IMG/VR virus record: IMGVR_UViG_3300037479_000429
Location: 1 to 30,255 of that record
Origin: a virus
Taxonomy: Duplodnaviria; Caudoviricetes
Length of the DNA: 30,255 nucleotides
Reading direction: 5' to 3' (one strand)
Within the stretch, counting starts at the first letter, position 1. Each line of letters starts with the position of its first letter. A program made the position numbers and the translations under genes. The notes under the pieces were generated by a model. The model did no database searches. It was not told the DNA's origin and saw nothing but the letters and a program-made list of their open reading frames with translations. Shown piece by piece: positions 6,515-16,039 of this stretch.

Positions 6515-6812
6515 ATTCGATATGCAGATGTTCCTGCTCCTGACCTGGCCGTTCGAGAAGAACATCGAAGTGACGACCGAGACGGGCTTTGACGCCATCC
6601 CGCAGGGCCCGTTTTTGTGTCTCCTGCAGGTGCTTGGTCCGGAAATCGAGCGCGGCGTGGCTGTAGTGTTTTGAGGACGGTTTGTGCTGGGAGTCGTTGC
6701 CCGAGGTAATCACCATGTCCGGGAGCCCCAACTCCTGCGCGACATTGATCGTCGCCGCCGCAATCAGCAGTGACCAGGGACGGACCGTGGCCAGGACCTT
6801 GAGGCGCGTCAT
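6489..6812 (-). CDS. Peptidase M15-like endolysin (Zn peptidase, catalytic domain only)
   Basis: VITSG, SKH, ALDFR, HLHIEYD (H-x6-D...H zinc ligands). Confidence 0.85.
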   Translation of the reverse strand: MTRLKVLATVRPWSLLIAAATINVAQELGLPDMVITSGNDSQHKPSSKHYSHAALDFRTKHLQETQKRALRDGVKARLGRHFDVLLERPGQEQEHLHIEYDPKPAPQ

Positions 6813-7081
6813 GGGCGAACGGAGGGAAGCCAGAGATGTTGCAAGAATTGTGCCAACGCCCCTATTAGGGCCACGAGTGCCCCCACGAGGCCCACCGCCT
6901 TCCGCGTATAGACCTTCGCGTCCTGGTGCTGACTCTCGAGGCGATCCTCATGCACCGCGACGAGCTGTTCGACGTGGCGTGTCCGCCCGTTGAGCGTATC
7001 GAGCCGCTCGTGGACGCCTTTGATGCCATCATGCAACAGCCCGATGTGGGAGAGAAATTCTTCCCGAGACAGGTCGGCCAT
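6809..7081 (-). CDS. Holin-like / XhlA-like protein (coiled coil plus C-terminal TM helix)
   Basis: RLDTLNGRTRHVEQ coiled coil; hydrophobic AVGLVGALVALIGALAQFL; ATGA-coupled to the endolysin. Confidence 0.65.
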   Translation of the reverse strand: MADLSREEFLSHIGLLHDGIKGVHERLDTLNGRTRHVEQLVAVHEDRLESQHQDAKVYTRKAVGLVGALVALIGALAQFLQHLWLPSVRP

Positions 7082-7082
7082 G

Positions 7083-8456
7083 CTAGCGCCCTCGCCAATT
7101 TCGTACACCGGTGCGGGCCTCGATCTCTCCGAGCGTCTTTTCGAGCCCGCTCAACTGCCGGATCCGGAGATTCAACGCTTCCCCGGCCGTCGTCCCGCGC
7201 AGCTCAGGATGCTCCAACGCATATTTCGTCAGCGCGGGGCGGGAAGCCCAAAACGGAGCCGCCTCCGGGATCTCCGAGAGGGGATGCGGCAAGGCCCCCG
7301 GGGGCAAGCTCGATGGCAGCGGCGGCCGGCCGGGCGGTACCGCCTCGGGGGTGAGCAGGATCGGCTCAGGAGCCGGGATCGGATTCCCGAACGCATCTCG
7401 AATCGGGGCCGTGCCGACCTCCGTCGGTGGTGCGTCAATCAACTGTCGGAGCGAGGCGGGCATGTCCTCGCGGGGCGGGCGCACCAGAGGAGACGGAACC
7501 GCCGCGCGTCCTGGAAGCGGAGCGAGGCCCTGAGCCTCCCGCATCTGATTCGTGACCCACAGCCGATCCGCCTCCGATAAGACGGGAGGCGGGGTGCTCC
7601 GACCCGTGCGAAGGGTCCCCAAGGTGGCCTCTCGGAGTTCCTCCATCGCTCGGGCTTGAGGCGATCCCGGCGTCAGGAGGGCGCGTGCCTCGGGGAGCAT
7701 CGCCGGCCGGGGTCGATCGCCAATCTCGTACAGAGTATGGAGGGAGGGTGGCTCCGGGGGTTGGACACTTCCCCCCATCCGCACCGGAGGACCCGGCTGG
7801 GAAACCCGAATCCCGGCGGCCTGCCGCAGCCGGGCGGCGCGACGACCCGCTTCTTCCTCCACCTCGCGGAGCGGAGTCCCGGGGGTGAGACCCTCTCGAA
7901 CCCGCCGGAAGGTCGTTCCCACGGGCTGAGCTGCCGTCTCACTGAACCGTTCCAAGGTGCGCAGCACTGGTTCGGACGTCGCGACGTCCGCCGCCACCCC
8001 ACGTGGACTCAGACCCCGCGCGGCCAGCAGCCACGACGGGATTCGCGACGTAATCCCGCGTTTGACGGCGCGAATGCCTTGAGCGACCGGTTTGCCGGCG
8101 CCCGGAATGCCGGCCGTCAGCGCCGCCGTCCCGGTTTCCAGGGCCGCTTCCCCGGGGGTCGGCGCATCCACCGTCCCCGCGAGCAGCTTGCCGCCCGAGA
8201 CGGCCCCCTGTGCCGCGCCGGCGAGGGCCATCTGGGCCGGAATGGACAATCCGCTCGTGGCCAGCCCCGCGAGGGCGCCCACTTTGAGGGGCAGCGTCGG
8301 ATCCTCGACCACACCCTGCCCAAATCCCTTGATCCGCGCCAGCCACGGACTTCGATTCAACCAATCGGTCGCCTTCGTGGGCGCCGGTCGCGGGGTGGCC
8401 GGACGGGTGGTAATGTGGGGATTCGTATCGAGAAACGAGGCGCGTGTGGTGGGCAT
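7083..8456 (-). CDS. Putative internal virion / DNA ejection protein
   Basis: Gly/Ala-zipper hydrophobic segments, Pro/Arg-rich C-terminal half; last gene of the post-tail block; GGAG SD. Confidence 0.6.
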   Translation of the reverse strand: MPTTRASFLDTNPHITTRPATPRPAPTKATDWLNRSPWLARIKGFGQGVVEDPTLPLKVGALAGLATSGLSIPAQMALAGAAQGAVSGGKLLAGTVDAPTPGEAALETGTAALTAGIPGAGKPVAQGIRAVKRGITSRIPSWLLAARGLSPRGVAADVATSEPVLRTLERFSETAAQPVGTTFRRVREGLTPGTPLREVEEEAGRRAARLRQAAGIRVSQPGPPVRMGGSVQPPEPPSLHTLYEIGDRPRPAMLPEARALLTPGSPQARAMEELREATLGTLRTGRSTPPPVLSEADRLWVTNQMREAQGLAPLPGRAAVPSPLVRPPREDMPASLRQLIDAPPTEVGTAPIRDAFGNPIPAPEPILLTPEAVPPGRPPLPSSLPPGALPHPLSEIPEAAPFWASRPALTKYALEHPELRGTTAGEALNLRIRQLSGLEKTLGEIEARTGVRNWRGR

Positions 8457-8462
8457 GGAGGA

Positions 8463-9362
8463 CTACTCCAGGGGAAGGCCCATCTCCGCGGCCAACCGGC
8501 GGAGACGATCCTCGGTGACGGGAGCGCCTTGGAATCCTCGTCCCTCCTCAATATTTCGAATCAGATCTTCGAGATTCGTTTGGAGCGAACGGAAGCGCTG
8601 CTCCCAGAGGCCGGGTTTGTTGGTGGTCAACGGAACTTGTCGCATGATGCGCACCGCTTCGGGTTCGGACATTTGCGCGCCGGTGATCGCTTTGATGACA
8701 CTATTGACCAACGTGGCGGTCTGCGCGTCGAACGCATCGAAGGCGGGATCGGAGGGAACCAGTGGGATCTGTTGCTGAAGGGTTTTCATCCGTCCCGCGA
8801 CGGGTCCCACAAGTCGCGGATGATACAATTCGCCGCCCAGCCGCTTCATCAGATCCAACGCCGTCCGCGCTCCCGCGATGCGCTCTTGCAGCCCTGCCGG
8901 GAGTGCCGAGCCCCCTGCGCCCGGTGCGCTCATCTTCGCGAGGGTGGCCATTTTCGCTTGCTCGGTCTCGCCCTGCGTACGAATGCGGGCCACATCCCGG
9001 GCGGCTTCGCCCCGAATCTGCTCGGGGACGGTGGTTCTCGCGAGCGCGGCCCGTTCCTGCTCCCGTCGGACGGCCGTGATCTCGGGACGCTGAAAGAGCG
9101 CGGCGGCGTCCAGGGCGGCACGGGTCTGAGCCGTTCGGGCCTGCTCGGCGGCGCCGGTATAGGGATCGGCTTCTAGCTCCTCCGAGACCTGTACGAGTGC
9201 TTCACGAGCACGGAGATCGGACGGGTCGGCGATGATCCGACGTTGCAACTCGGATTGACGCTGACGGCGCAATCCCGCCAACCGAACCGGATCGAACTCC
9301 CCCAGCGGTCGATTGCGGAGGATGGTCAGGGCTTCGGCGGGCGTCAATGGGGATTGAGGCAT
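8463..9362 (-). CDS. Putative DNA ejection/transfer protein
   Basis: Coiled-coil N-half; C-terminal ITGAQMSEPEAVRIMRQVP segment of the type seen in podophage injection proteins; AGGAG SD. Confidence 0.65.
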   Translation of the reverse strand: MPQSPLTPAEALTILRNRPLGEFDPVRLAGLRRQRQSELQRRIIADPSDLRAREALVQVSEELEADPYTGAAEQARTAQTRAALDAAALFQRPEITAVRREQERAALARTTVPEQIRGEAARDVARIRTQGETEQAKMATLAKMSAPGAGGSALPAGLQERIAGARTALDLMKRLGGELYHPRLVGPVAGRMKTLQQQIPLVPSDPAFDAFDAQTATLVNSVIKAITGAQMSEPEAVRIMRQVPLTTNKPGLWEQRFRSLQTNLEDLIRNIEEGRGFQGAPVTEDRLRRLAAEMGLPLE

Positions 9363-9366
9363 GGTA

Positions 9367-9993
9367 TTAACTCCTGGTCCTCACCACCCACGGCCGCATC
9401 GCGCGGACGGTCGGTGGCGCCTCCTCGCGGCGTGCGTCGTCGAAGAGCGCGGCGAGACTGGGATCCATTGGGTCCTCGACGCGTTCCGTAGGGCGTCGGA
9501 AGAACGGTCCACGTCCCATCGAGGATGGCCGAGGGGGCTTCTGTTCTCCAACGCCCCCCGTCCCCGCGCCAAACCGCCCAAACGGACCCTCTTGGGTATT
9601 GAAGGTGGACGTGGGATCATCCGAAATCCCGCGCGGCGGGGGTGGGAGATCCTGCACCTGCCCCAGCCGTGTGGAGAGCGGGCCGTGTTCCACCTCCGCG
9701 ATGAGCTGCTTGTCGCGCAACCCTTGGGTGTACGCCTCCTGCGATCCATACCCCGATTCGGGGAAGCCCGCGCTGCCAAACGCGCCGGTGATCAGAGGGA
9801 CCGCAAATTGCGAGTGGGCCGCGCGACTCTGTTGCAACGCCCGGAGGGAGCGCTCGTACTTCTCCTGGGCCTTCGCCTCCCGCGTCTTGGCCTGTCGATA
9901 CGCCTCCTCCCGCGTGGTCACCGGAGACAGCGTCGGGCGTGCCGGGGTGGGTAGGGGGAGCGGTCGTCGCTGGACGCCAATCTGATGAGGCAT
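9367..9993 (-). CDS. Hypothetical low-complexity virion/ejection protein
   Basis: Tightly packed in the operon; coiled coil plus disordered composition. Confidence 0.55.
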   Translation of the reverse strand: MPHQIGVQRRPLPLPTPARPTLSPVTTREEAYRQAKTREAKAQEKYERSLRALQQSRAAHSQFAVPLITGAFGSAGFPESGYGSQEAYTQGLRDKQLIAEVEHGPLSTRLGQVQDLPPPPRGISDDPTSTFNTQEGPFGRFGAGTGGVGEQKPPRPSSMGRGPFFRRPTERVEDPMDPSLAALFDDARREEAPPTVRAMRPWVVRTRS

Positions 9994-9995
9994 CG

Positions 9996-10589
9996 CTAAT
10001 ACACCTTCGGGCGCAAAAGTTGTGCCAAGCTGGGCGCGGTGCGCTGGCCGATCTGGTCTCGCCCCGCGGGGATCAGCACGGGATTCCCCTCCCCGATATC
10101 GCCAAGCATGGGGAGGCCCCCCTCATGCTGGGTCGTGGAGGATGAGATCGCCGGCGGGGCGGCCCGTTGAGCCGCCTGCGCCGCCGCGAGCGGACTCTGG
10201 GTTCCCCCAATCGTCGCCCCACCAGGAGACACGCCGGAGGCGAACCGACCCGCCACCTGTTGCCCGGCGGTGGCGGATGGGGTGGGGGTCGGGGCGGGAG
10301 CGGGGGCCGATTGAGTTCGATACACCGGACTCTCATCCCTCGCGGGCGGTGGGACGGAAAACACCGGGGGTGGGATCACCGGAGGAGGTGGCGCGACCGG
10401 TGCGGCCGGCTGAGCCGGGGCCGACTGCCTCGCTGGAGCCGACGGCTGAGAGGGAATGGACGGCTGCTGCAACGCTTGCATCGACGGCGGTGGGGCGGTG
10501 CTCCGCGACTCAGGGAGTGGATGTAGCTGCTGCTGCTTCCGCAGCAAATCTAGCGCCGTCTCCACTCGATGCCCAACACCCTTCGCCAT
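9996..10589 (-). CDS. Hypothetical Pro/Ala/Gln-rich protein
   Basis: TGATG overlap with the upstream gene; disordered composition. Confidence 0.55.
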   Translation of the reverse strand: MAKGVGHRVETALDLLRKQQQLHPLPESRSTAPPPSMQALQQPSIPSQPSAPARQSAPAQPAAPVAPPPPVIPPPVFSVPPPARDESPVYRTQSAPAPAPTPTPSATAGQQVAGRFASGVSPGGATIGGTQSPLAAAQAAQRAAPPAISSSTTQHEGGLPMLGDIGEGNPVLIPAGRDQIGQRTAPSLAQLLRPKVY

Positions 10590-11467
10590 CAGTACACCGG
10601 TCCCTGTCCGTAGAGTGACAAGAGTGATTGCATCTGCTGTTGCTGAGCGCCGATATCCTGCGCACGCTGGGTAAGTCCACCCTGATAGAGGAGATCAGCC
10701 AATTCGGCTGCACGCGCGGCATCCGCAATCGCTTGCTCCCGACTCACCTCGCCGAGCATGCCGGCCGCGCCGCCGAGCGCCTCACCCATCCTAGCCGCTT
10801 CCCACGTCGAGCCGGCCCCGAGTCCACGGCTCGCCGCCTCACTGCGGAGAGCGTCCAAGCTCGACCGCGCGAGCTGTCCGGCCTGATCCTTGGCCCGGGC
10901 AAAGGCCGCCGCGCGGGCCGCCTCGGCTCCCGACGTATCGTAGCTCACCCGTGGGGGGAGCCCACTGGGGGTATTCACATCACCGCCTCGGCTCAAGAGA
11001 CTCTGGATCGACTGCATGCGACGGGCTTCGGCCGCTTTGTTGGCCTCCTCACGCGCTTTGAGCTGAGCCACGAAATCCTGCTGCGCACGGGCCTCGGCCT
11101 CGATCTGCGCCATACGCTGACGGGTCTCGGCGGCGAGGGCCTCCTCCTGCGTACGGGCCCGTTCCTGTTCCCGGGCATACTGCGCCCGCTGCTCCGCGTC
11201 GATTTGAGCCGCACGGTTGCGTTGCTCGGCGGCAATGAGTTCTGCCTCGCGGGCCTTCCGTTCTCGCTCCGGGTCGAGCCCGTATTGGGTCTCGAAGGTC
11301 GTCTGCCCGCCGGGGGAGACCGTGCGGGACCCGCCCACCGCGATGAGACCCGCTTGCGTGCCTGGCGTAATGGCCGAGGTTGCCTGATTCGGCGTCCCCA
11401 AGCCGCCCGTGGCGCGCAACTGCGTGAAGGATGGGATGAGTGGCTTCTGAATCACTCCAACCGGCAT
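10589..11467 (-). CDS. Putative pilot/ejection protein
   Basis: Long Ala/Glu/Gln/Arg coiled coil, ASRGLGAGS, LTQRAQD; AGGAG SD. Confidence 0.65.
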   Translation of the reverse strand: MPVGVIQKPLIPSFTQLRATGGLGTPNQATSAITPGTQAGLIAVGGSRTVSPGGQTTFETQYGLDPERERKAREAELIAAEQRNRAAQIDAEQRAQYAREQERARTQEEALAAETRQRMAQIEAEARAQQDFVAQLKAREEANKAAEARRMQSIQSLLSRGGDVNTPSGLPPRVSYDTSGAEAARAAAFARAKDQAGQLARSSLDALRSEAASRGLGAGSTWEAARMGEALGGAAGMLGEVSREQAIADAARAAELADLLYQGGLTQRAQDIGAQQQQMQSLLSLYGQGPVY

Positions 11468-11493
11468 GATGGACTCCTACGACTCCACGCCCC

Positions 11494-11523
11494 AGTATAC
11501 TCGGAGCCCTAGTTCGCTTCCAA
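11494..11523 (-). promoter_or_regulatory. Possible sigma70 promoter for the ejection-protein block
   Basis: TTGGAA-N18-TATACT ending in the intergenic gap upstream of ATG 11467. Confidence 0.4.
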
Positions 11524-12360
11524 ATACAACCGACTCACAAAAAACGACTTCGTGGCGGCGGATCGCGTTTCCACGCTGAGCCACGGGACCAGGTTCGTGC
11601 CCGAGGAGATGGTCGTGGTGATCTCCTGGGGGGTCCCCTCATTGACCGAGAAACTGATGGAACTCAGGGAATTGACGGTGATATCCAGAATATAGGTCGT
11701 ACTGGTCGCAATCGTGGCCACCGTCGAGGTCACCGATTGCGCGATCCCATTGGAGGACACTCCCACCCACCCTCCATCGCCCGCCACGGTCGAATAGCGA
11801 AACATCGCGCAATGATTGGCGCTCATGTCGTCGAGGCCCGCAGGGGTCGCATTCGTCCATCCACACCAGAGACGCAGCGCATCGAGACTGGCCCCGGTGT
11901 GCATATAGATGCGATACCGGGGAAGGTGATTGATGCGACACCAGTTGTTCCAGGTGAGCGAGGCGGTATTCCCGATGGCCGCCGTGGTCCGCAGCTCGGT
12001 CCACCAGCTCGTGTTGTCCGCCGTGGTGTTGTTGAAGCCCGTTACACTGAGCCCATCCAAGCCCCAATCATAGAGTCCCGAGGTGATCGTACTGCCATGC
12101 GCGGTAAATCCGGCTACCCGCCGATCCCACGCCGCCCAGGCGGTGATCGGGGCGGAGGTCGCACCTGTTCCCCCATGCACCTCCGGGAGAATCCCCGTGA
12201 CATCGGTGGTGAGATCAATCGCATAGGCATTCAATGACTCCACGATGTCCGTCAACTTGCTACGGATCGTATCAAACTCCGTGTTCAAGTGCTCCGGAGT
12301 CCGATCGTCGAGTGTCTGAAAGTCTTCTTGTCGCCCCCGCGCGGTGAGATTGATCTGCAT
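11509..12360 (-). CDS. Tail fibre/appendage protein with C-terminal beta-sandwich (lectin-like) domain
   Basis: N-terminal helix (LNTEFDTI), DLTTDVTGILPEVHGGTGA fibre motif, Thr/Ser-rich beta domain. Confidence 0.7.
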   Translation of the reverse strand: MQINLTARGRQEDFQTLDDRTPEHLNTEFDTIRSKLTDIVESLNAYAIDLTTDVTGILPEVHGGTGATSAPITAWAAWDRRVAGFTAHGSTITSGLYDWGLDGLSVTGFNNTTADNTSWWTELRTTAAIGNTASLTWNNWCRINHLPRYRIYMHTGASLDALRLWCGWTNATPAGLDDMSANHCAMFRYSTVAGDGGWVGVSSNGIAQSVTSTVATIATSTTYILDITVNSLSSISFSVNEGTPQEITTTISSGTNLVPWLSVETRSAATKSFFVSRLYLEAN

Positions 12361-13949
12361 CAGCGGCGCCCCAACTCGAAGTAGGGGAGTTCATACCCAT
12401 AAATCACGATCCCCTGCGAGGCGGAGGTCGATCCCGAAAAGCCGATCTGCACCATCCGCCCGCGTCCCAACCGTGAGAGTTTTTCCCGCCCACGAGTGAG
12501 ATTGAGCGCGAAGGTCTGCGTGGTGGAGGCGTCGAGTCCACCCACCTTCGCGGTGACGTTCACGGCGCCGGCGGCGGCTTGAATCGAGGAGAGAACGGAG
12601 GGTTGCAGCCAGACCTTCTCGATGTCTGGGGCGTTGCCGTCATGGAATTTGCTGTGCGCCTCCAGGGCGAGGACCGTCCCCTGATCGGTGGTCGCCGTCG
12701 AGTCCTGGTAATACACATGCCCGGCGGTGCTGCCCATAATCGGCAGATTCAACCCGTTGCTATCCCGAGAGAGGGCCATAAAGGAGGGCGTGAACGCATC
12801 GGTCTTGTGCGGACCATACCAGGCTTGGTTCCGAATGTCGTAGGCGACCCACCGCGTTAAATCCGTGGATCCGGCGGGCGCGAGGAGTACTTCATACCAG
12901 TGATACCGCGCATTGTAACGACCGATGGCCGTGTCGAAGGCCCCGCGATTGAAATAGGTATCGGTCGAGAACCAGCCCCGCACGCGGGCATCGGATATGG
13001 ATTGGACGCCGCCCGGCCCCCAGGTGTACACACCATCTTCTCCCAAAAAGTAGGCAATGTCATCAATAATGACGACACTTCGAGGGGCCCAACAGCCTTT
13101 ATCACTCTTCACTTTGATGAGATCAAAGGTATTCGTACCGGCCTTGACCAACTTCCACAATACATGCCGCTTGGCAATGCCGAGTTCATCACGACGAGTC
13201 AAGAGGCCGGTAATGCCAATCTCATCGGCCCCCACCGGCGGCACGTTGAGGCTATTGGGCCACCCATACGCAATGTTCTCATTGGTAAACACCAAGACGT
13301 CGGGATCGATGTCTCCCACGCCCCACAAGCGATCCTTCCACTCGACGATATTGGTCATAAACGTCCCCAGCGCCATCCCCGGCGCCGCGCCGAGATGCGT
13401 GGGGGCGGCCACCAAGCCAATAGCGGCATCGGAGAGATCGTCCTTGATCGAGGTCTGGGTATTCCCGTCCACATCGAGCCAGTGGAAATAGGTGGATCCC
13501 CCGGTGGTGGTTCGATAGAGACGCCGATGGGTGACCGCGCTGTCGGGTGATGTTTGGAGATCCGCTTGAATGAGTTTATTGGTGACGGTCAACGAGGCAC
13601 TGATGGGACTGAACGGACTTTCGGCGATCAACTTCCCGGAGACCGGATCTTTGATGATGAAGGTGTACCGGGCGCGAACGGTGCCGCTGTAGGTCCCCGC
13701 GCCGCCATCGGCGAGCAGGGGGGCCGTGGTGGGGGGTTGAGGGATGAGTGGATAAACATTGAAATTCGGATCGATCAGCAGACTTCGGGTCGGTCCGTTG
13801 ACGAGCGCGATATTCCGCTGCACGATGGCCAAGTAACTCGGCCGGGTGGCGCTGATCGTGATCCCGGTGGGCAACGTTAACGCGGTCGCCACCCCGGCGG
13901 GGGTGATTTTGTAGAGGGTACCGCCGGCCACGACGAGGCTATAGGCCAT
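12360..13949 (-). CDS. Tail nozzle / DNA stabilization protein (P22 gp10-like), main body
   Basis: Beta-rich; RRLYRT, WKDRLW, GCWAPRSV, YFLGEDGVY, ISDARV pattern; position after the adaptor. Confidence 0.75.
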   Translation of the reverse strand: MAYSLVVAGGTLYKITPAGVATALTLPTGITISATRPSYLAIVQRNIALVNGPTRSLLIDPNFNVYPLIPQPPTTAPLLADGGAGTYSGTVRARYTFIIKDPVSGKLIAESPFSPISASLTVTNKLIQADLQTSPDSAVTHRRLYRTTTGGSTYFHWLDVDGNTQTSIKDDLSDAAIGLVAAPTHLGAAPGMALGTFMTNIVEWKDRLWGVGDIDPDVLVFTNENIAYGWPNSLNVPPVGADEIGITGLLTRRDELGIAKRHVLWKLVKAGTNTFDLIKVKSDKGCWAPRSVVIIDDIAYFLGEDGVYTWGPGGVQSISDARVRGWFSTDTYFNRGAFDTAIGRYNARYHWYEVLLAPAGSTDLTRWVAYDIRNQAWYGPHKTDAFTPSFMALSRDSNGLNLPIMGSTAGHVYYQDSTATTDQGTVLALEAHSKFHDGNAPDIEKVWLQPSVLSSIQAAAGAVNVTAKVGGLDASTTQTFALNLTRGREKLSRLGRGRMVQIGFSGSTSASQGIVIYGYELPYFELGRR

Positions 13950-13954
13950 GCGTG

Positions 13955-15304
13955 TTAAAAGCGGATCGAGGCGATGGGTCCGCGCATGAGCTGATTGGAA
14001 CTATCCACGATACTCCAGGTCCCTCCCGAGGTGCGTCTGAGCAACTGGGTCTCATTCGTGGTCTGCATGACCGGCCAATAGAGATGGCCGGTGGCCCGAT
14101 CGAGGAAGGGGTACCCCGATTGCGTGTAGGAGACCCCCACGTTGGTTTTGACGTCGTATTCCGTCCCCCAGGTCGTCCCATCCGTGGAGGAGACGATACG
14201 ATTCTCGGGCGACGCGCCCCCGGACACACTGTACCACCAGGCGAAGATGGTACTCTCGGCCAGATCGACTGCCAGCGGACCGAGGATATTTCCCGTGCCG
14301 GTGCCATCACCCGTCAACACGGTCGTCCACGCCCCAGTGCTCGCGGCGCGCTTCTCAATGATCGCACTGTTCCCCGCGCCCGCCCACGCCGCCGATTGAC
14401 CGCAATAGAGATCGCCCTTAAACACGACGAGACTTTCCGCGGAACGGCCCGCCACGATGAGCCGCTCGGTGGCCCATCCCCCATCGTCGGGACGGACGGA
14501 CCGAATGGTACTCTGCGACAAATTGGTCACCGCACAGGCCGCCCAAATCCGGCCTTGCGCCACCACCACGCTCTGGGCGTAGCCTGTCAAGTCGGTCCCG
14601 GCGCCGAGTTGCGTGAACTTCCCGGTGGCCACGTCCATGAGCAACACCCGACAGCGTCCGGTGGCGTCATTACCGTCGCTGGTGGAGACGATCAACTGTG
14701 TGGATGAATACGGAACGATGGCCATAATCGCCGCTTCATCCGCCGCACCGACATTAAACGAGGGATGATGGGGAATCTCGGCGAGCTTGTAATCGGTCGT
14801 GCCGTCCCACACATGCAAGGTCGGCCAACTCGTCGTACTCGCATCATTGTAATCATTCCCCGGGTAATACATCCGCTCGTTCAGTGAGGCCCATCGGAGA
14901 GAACGCGCCCCGGGGTTGTTGGCCCCAAAATACCCGGCCCGACCGAGACTGGCCGGACGCACCAACGTGCCGGCCGTGATCGTGGTCCACGTCGTGCCAT
15001 TCGTGGAGTGACGAAACGCATCCGTCCCCGTAGAGAGATCATCCATCGCGGCGTAGAAATGTGTGGTCAGGGCGGATTGATCGGGGAGTGGGACCCCGAT
15101 GCCTCCCGTGACTTGTCCGGCTAACGCACTGCTCGTCAACCGGGTCATCCCATCGCGGGAGCGGAGGACGCCGTCCTGTCCGGCGGGGTCGGGTTGAAAA
15201 TTCTGGGCTTGGACCAAATCCCCATCTTCCAGATGCACCGGTGACGTCGTGGTGTTGACGCCCCGACGGCCCATCGAGTAGATCGCCAAGTGGCCTTTGG
15301 GCAT
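13955..15304 (-). CDS. Beta-propeller tail protein with nozzle-like N-terminal motif
   Basis: GVNTTTSPVHL..QAQNF..GVLRSRDG N-terminus; Asp-box-like repeats STNGTTW, STDGTTW, PDDGGW. Confidence 0.7.
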   Translation of the reverse strand: MPKGHLAIYSMGRRGVNTTTSPVHLEDGDLVQAQNFQPDPAGQDGVLRSRDGMTRLTSSALAGQVTGGIGVPLPDQSALTTHFYAAMDDLSTGTDAFRHSTNGTTWTTITAGTLVRPASLGRAGYFGANNPGARSLRWASLNERMYYPGNDYNDASTTSWPTLHVWDGTTDYKLAEIPHHPSFNVGAADEAAIMAIVPYSSTQLIVSTSDGNDATGRCRVLLMDVATGKFTQLGAGTDLTGYAQSVVVAQGRIWAACAVTNLSQSTIRSVRPDDGGWATERLIVAGRSAESLVVFKGDLYCGQSAAWAGAGNSAIIEKRAASTGAWTTVLTGDGTGTGNILGPLAVDLAESTIFAWWYSVSGGASPENRIVSSTDGTTWGTEYDVKTNVGVSYTQSGYPFLDRATGHLYWPVMQTTNETQLLRRTSGGTWSIVDSSNQLMRGPIASIRF

Positions 15305-15310
15305 GCGTGG

Positions 15311-16036
15311 TTACCACCCAGCGTGATCGATGGTGTCAAAAACCCCGCGCACGACCCGAGGTTCCTGTTCCTGCCGGGGGGCACTGACGGCGAGGAGGGC
15401 TTGCTTCTCCGTCGCGTAGATGGCGAGCCAGTTGGGATCGGGCGATTGGTCGTCTCGCTCCTTGGCCTTGGCGTACGCGGTGGTCCATGCTTCGAGGGCG
15501 AAATCGGCCTCGCCGGGGATGGGGTTGTTACTGGAGGCCGTGAGCGTGCCGAGTGTGGGGATATAGACCAGACGGAGATTGAGCGCGCTCGAAATAAATG
15601 GGGCGACATAGATCGTCGGCGCCGCCACCGGGCTTCCCGCCCCGGCGATGGCGTAGTAGAGAATCCCCCCACCCGAGGGATCAATGGCCTCCCACGACCG
15701 GGCCGCCACAAATTCGGGCGATTGATAATCGGCCGGTTGAAAGAGGAGATACCGTCCCGTGCCGGTGGTGAGGCTCAAATCTCGGGGTTCGAGACTGAGG
15801 ACGCGAAACAGGTCCGCCGGAACTCCCGTGAGTGTCGTGGCATTGGCCGCCAAGGAGACGTTCGTGGCATCGACCGTCATGAAGTGTTCCTGGTGGAGAT
15901 CCACCGTGGCCCGCCACAAATCCCTGCAGCCGTGCAGGATCAGATCTAACAACTCGGCGTCCGTCCAGAAGTTCGCCGTCGTCTCTTGCAGACGAAGCCG
16001 GACGTTGGTGCGGATCGTCCCGAGCGTGGTCGCCAT
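15311..16036 (-). CDS. Head-tail adaptor protein
   Basis: TLGTIRTNVRLRL..FWTDAELLDLI helical N-terminus, central beta domain, C-terminal helices; GGAG SD. Confidence 0.8.
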   Translation of the reverse strand: MATTLGTIRTNVRLRLQETTANFWTDAELLDLILHGCRDLWRATVDLHQEHFMTVDATNVSLAANATTLTGVPADLFRVLSLEPRDLSLTTGTGRYLLFQPADYQSPEFVAARSWEAIDPSGGGILYYAIAGAGSPVAAPTIYVAPFISSALNLRLVYIPTLGTLTASSNNPIPGEADFALEAWTTAYAKAKERDDQSPDPNWLAIYATEKQALLAVSAPRQEQEPRVVRGVFDTIDHAGW

Positions 16037-16039
16037 CGA

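Noticed and set aside
7656-9176. 506-aa + strand ORF, and similar long antisense ORFs at 23373-24608 and 27780-28955
   Set aside because: Arg/Gly-rich shadow frames expected in high-GC coding DNA
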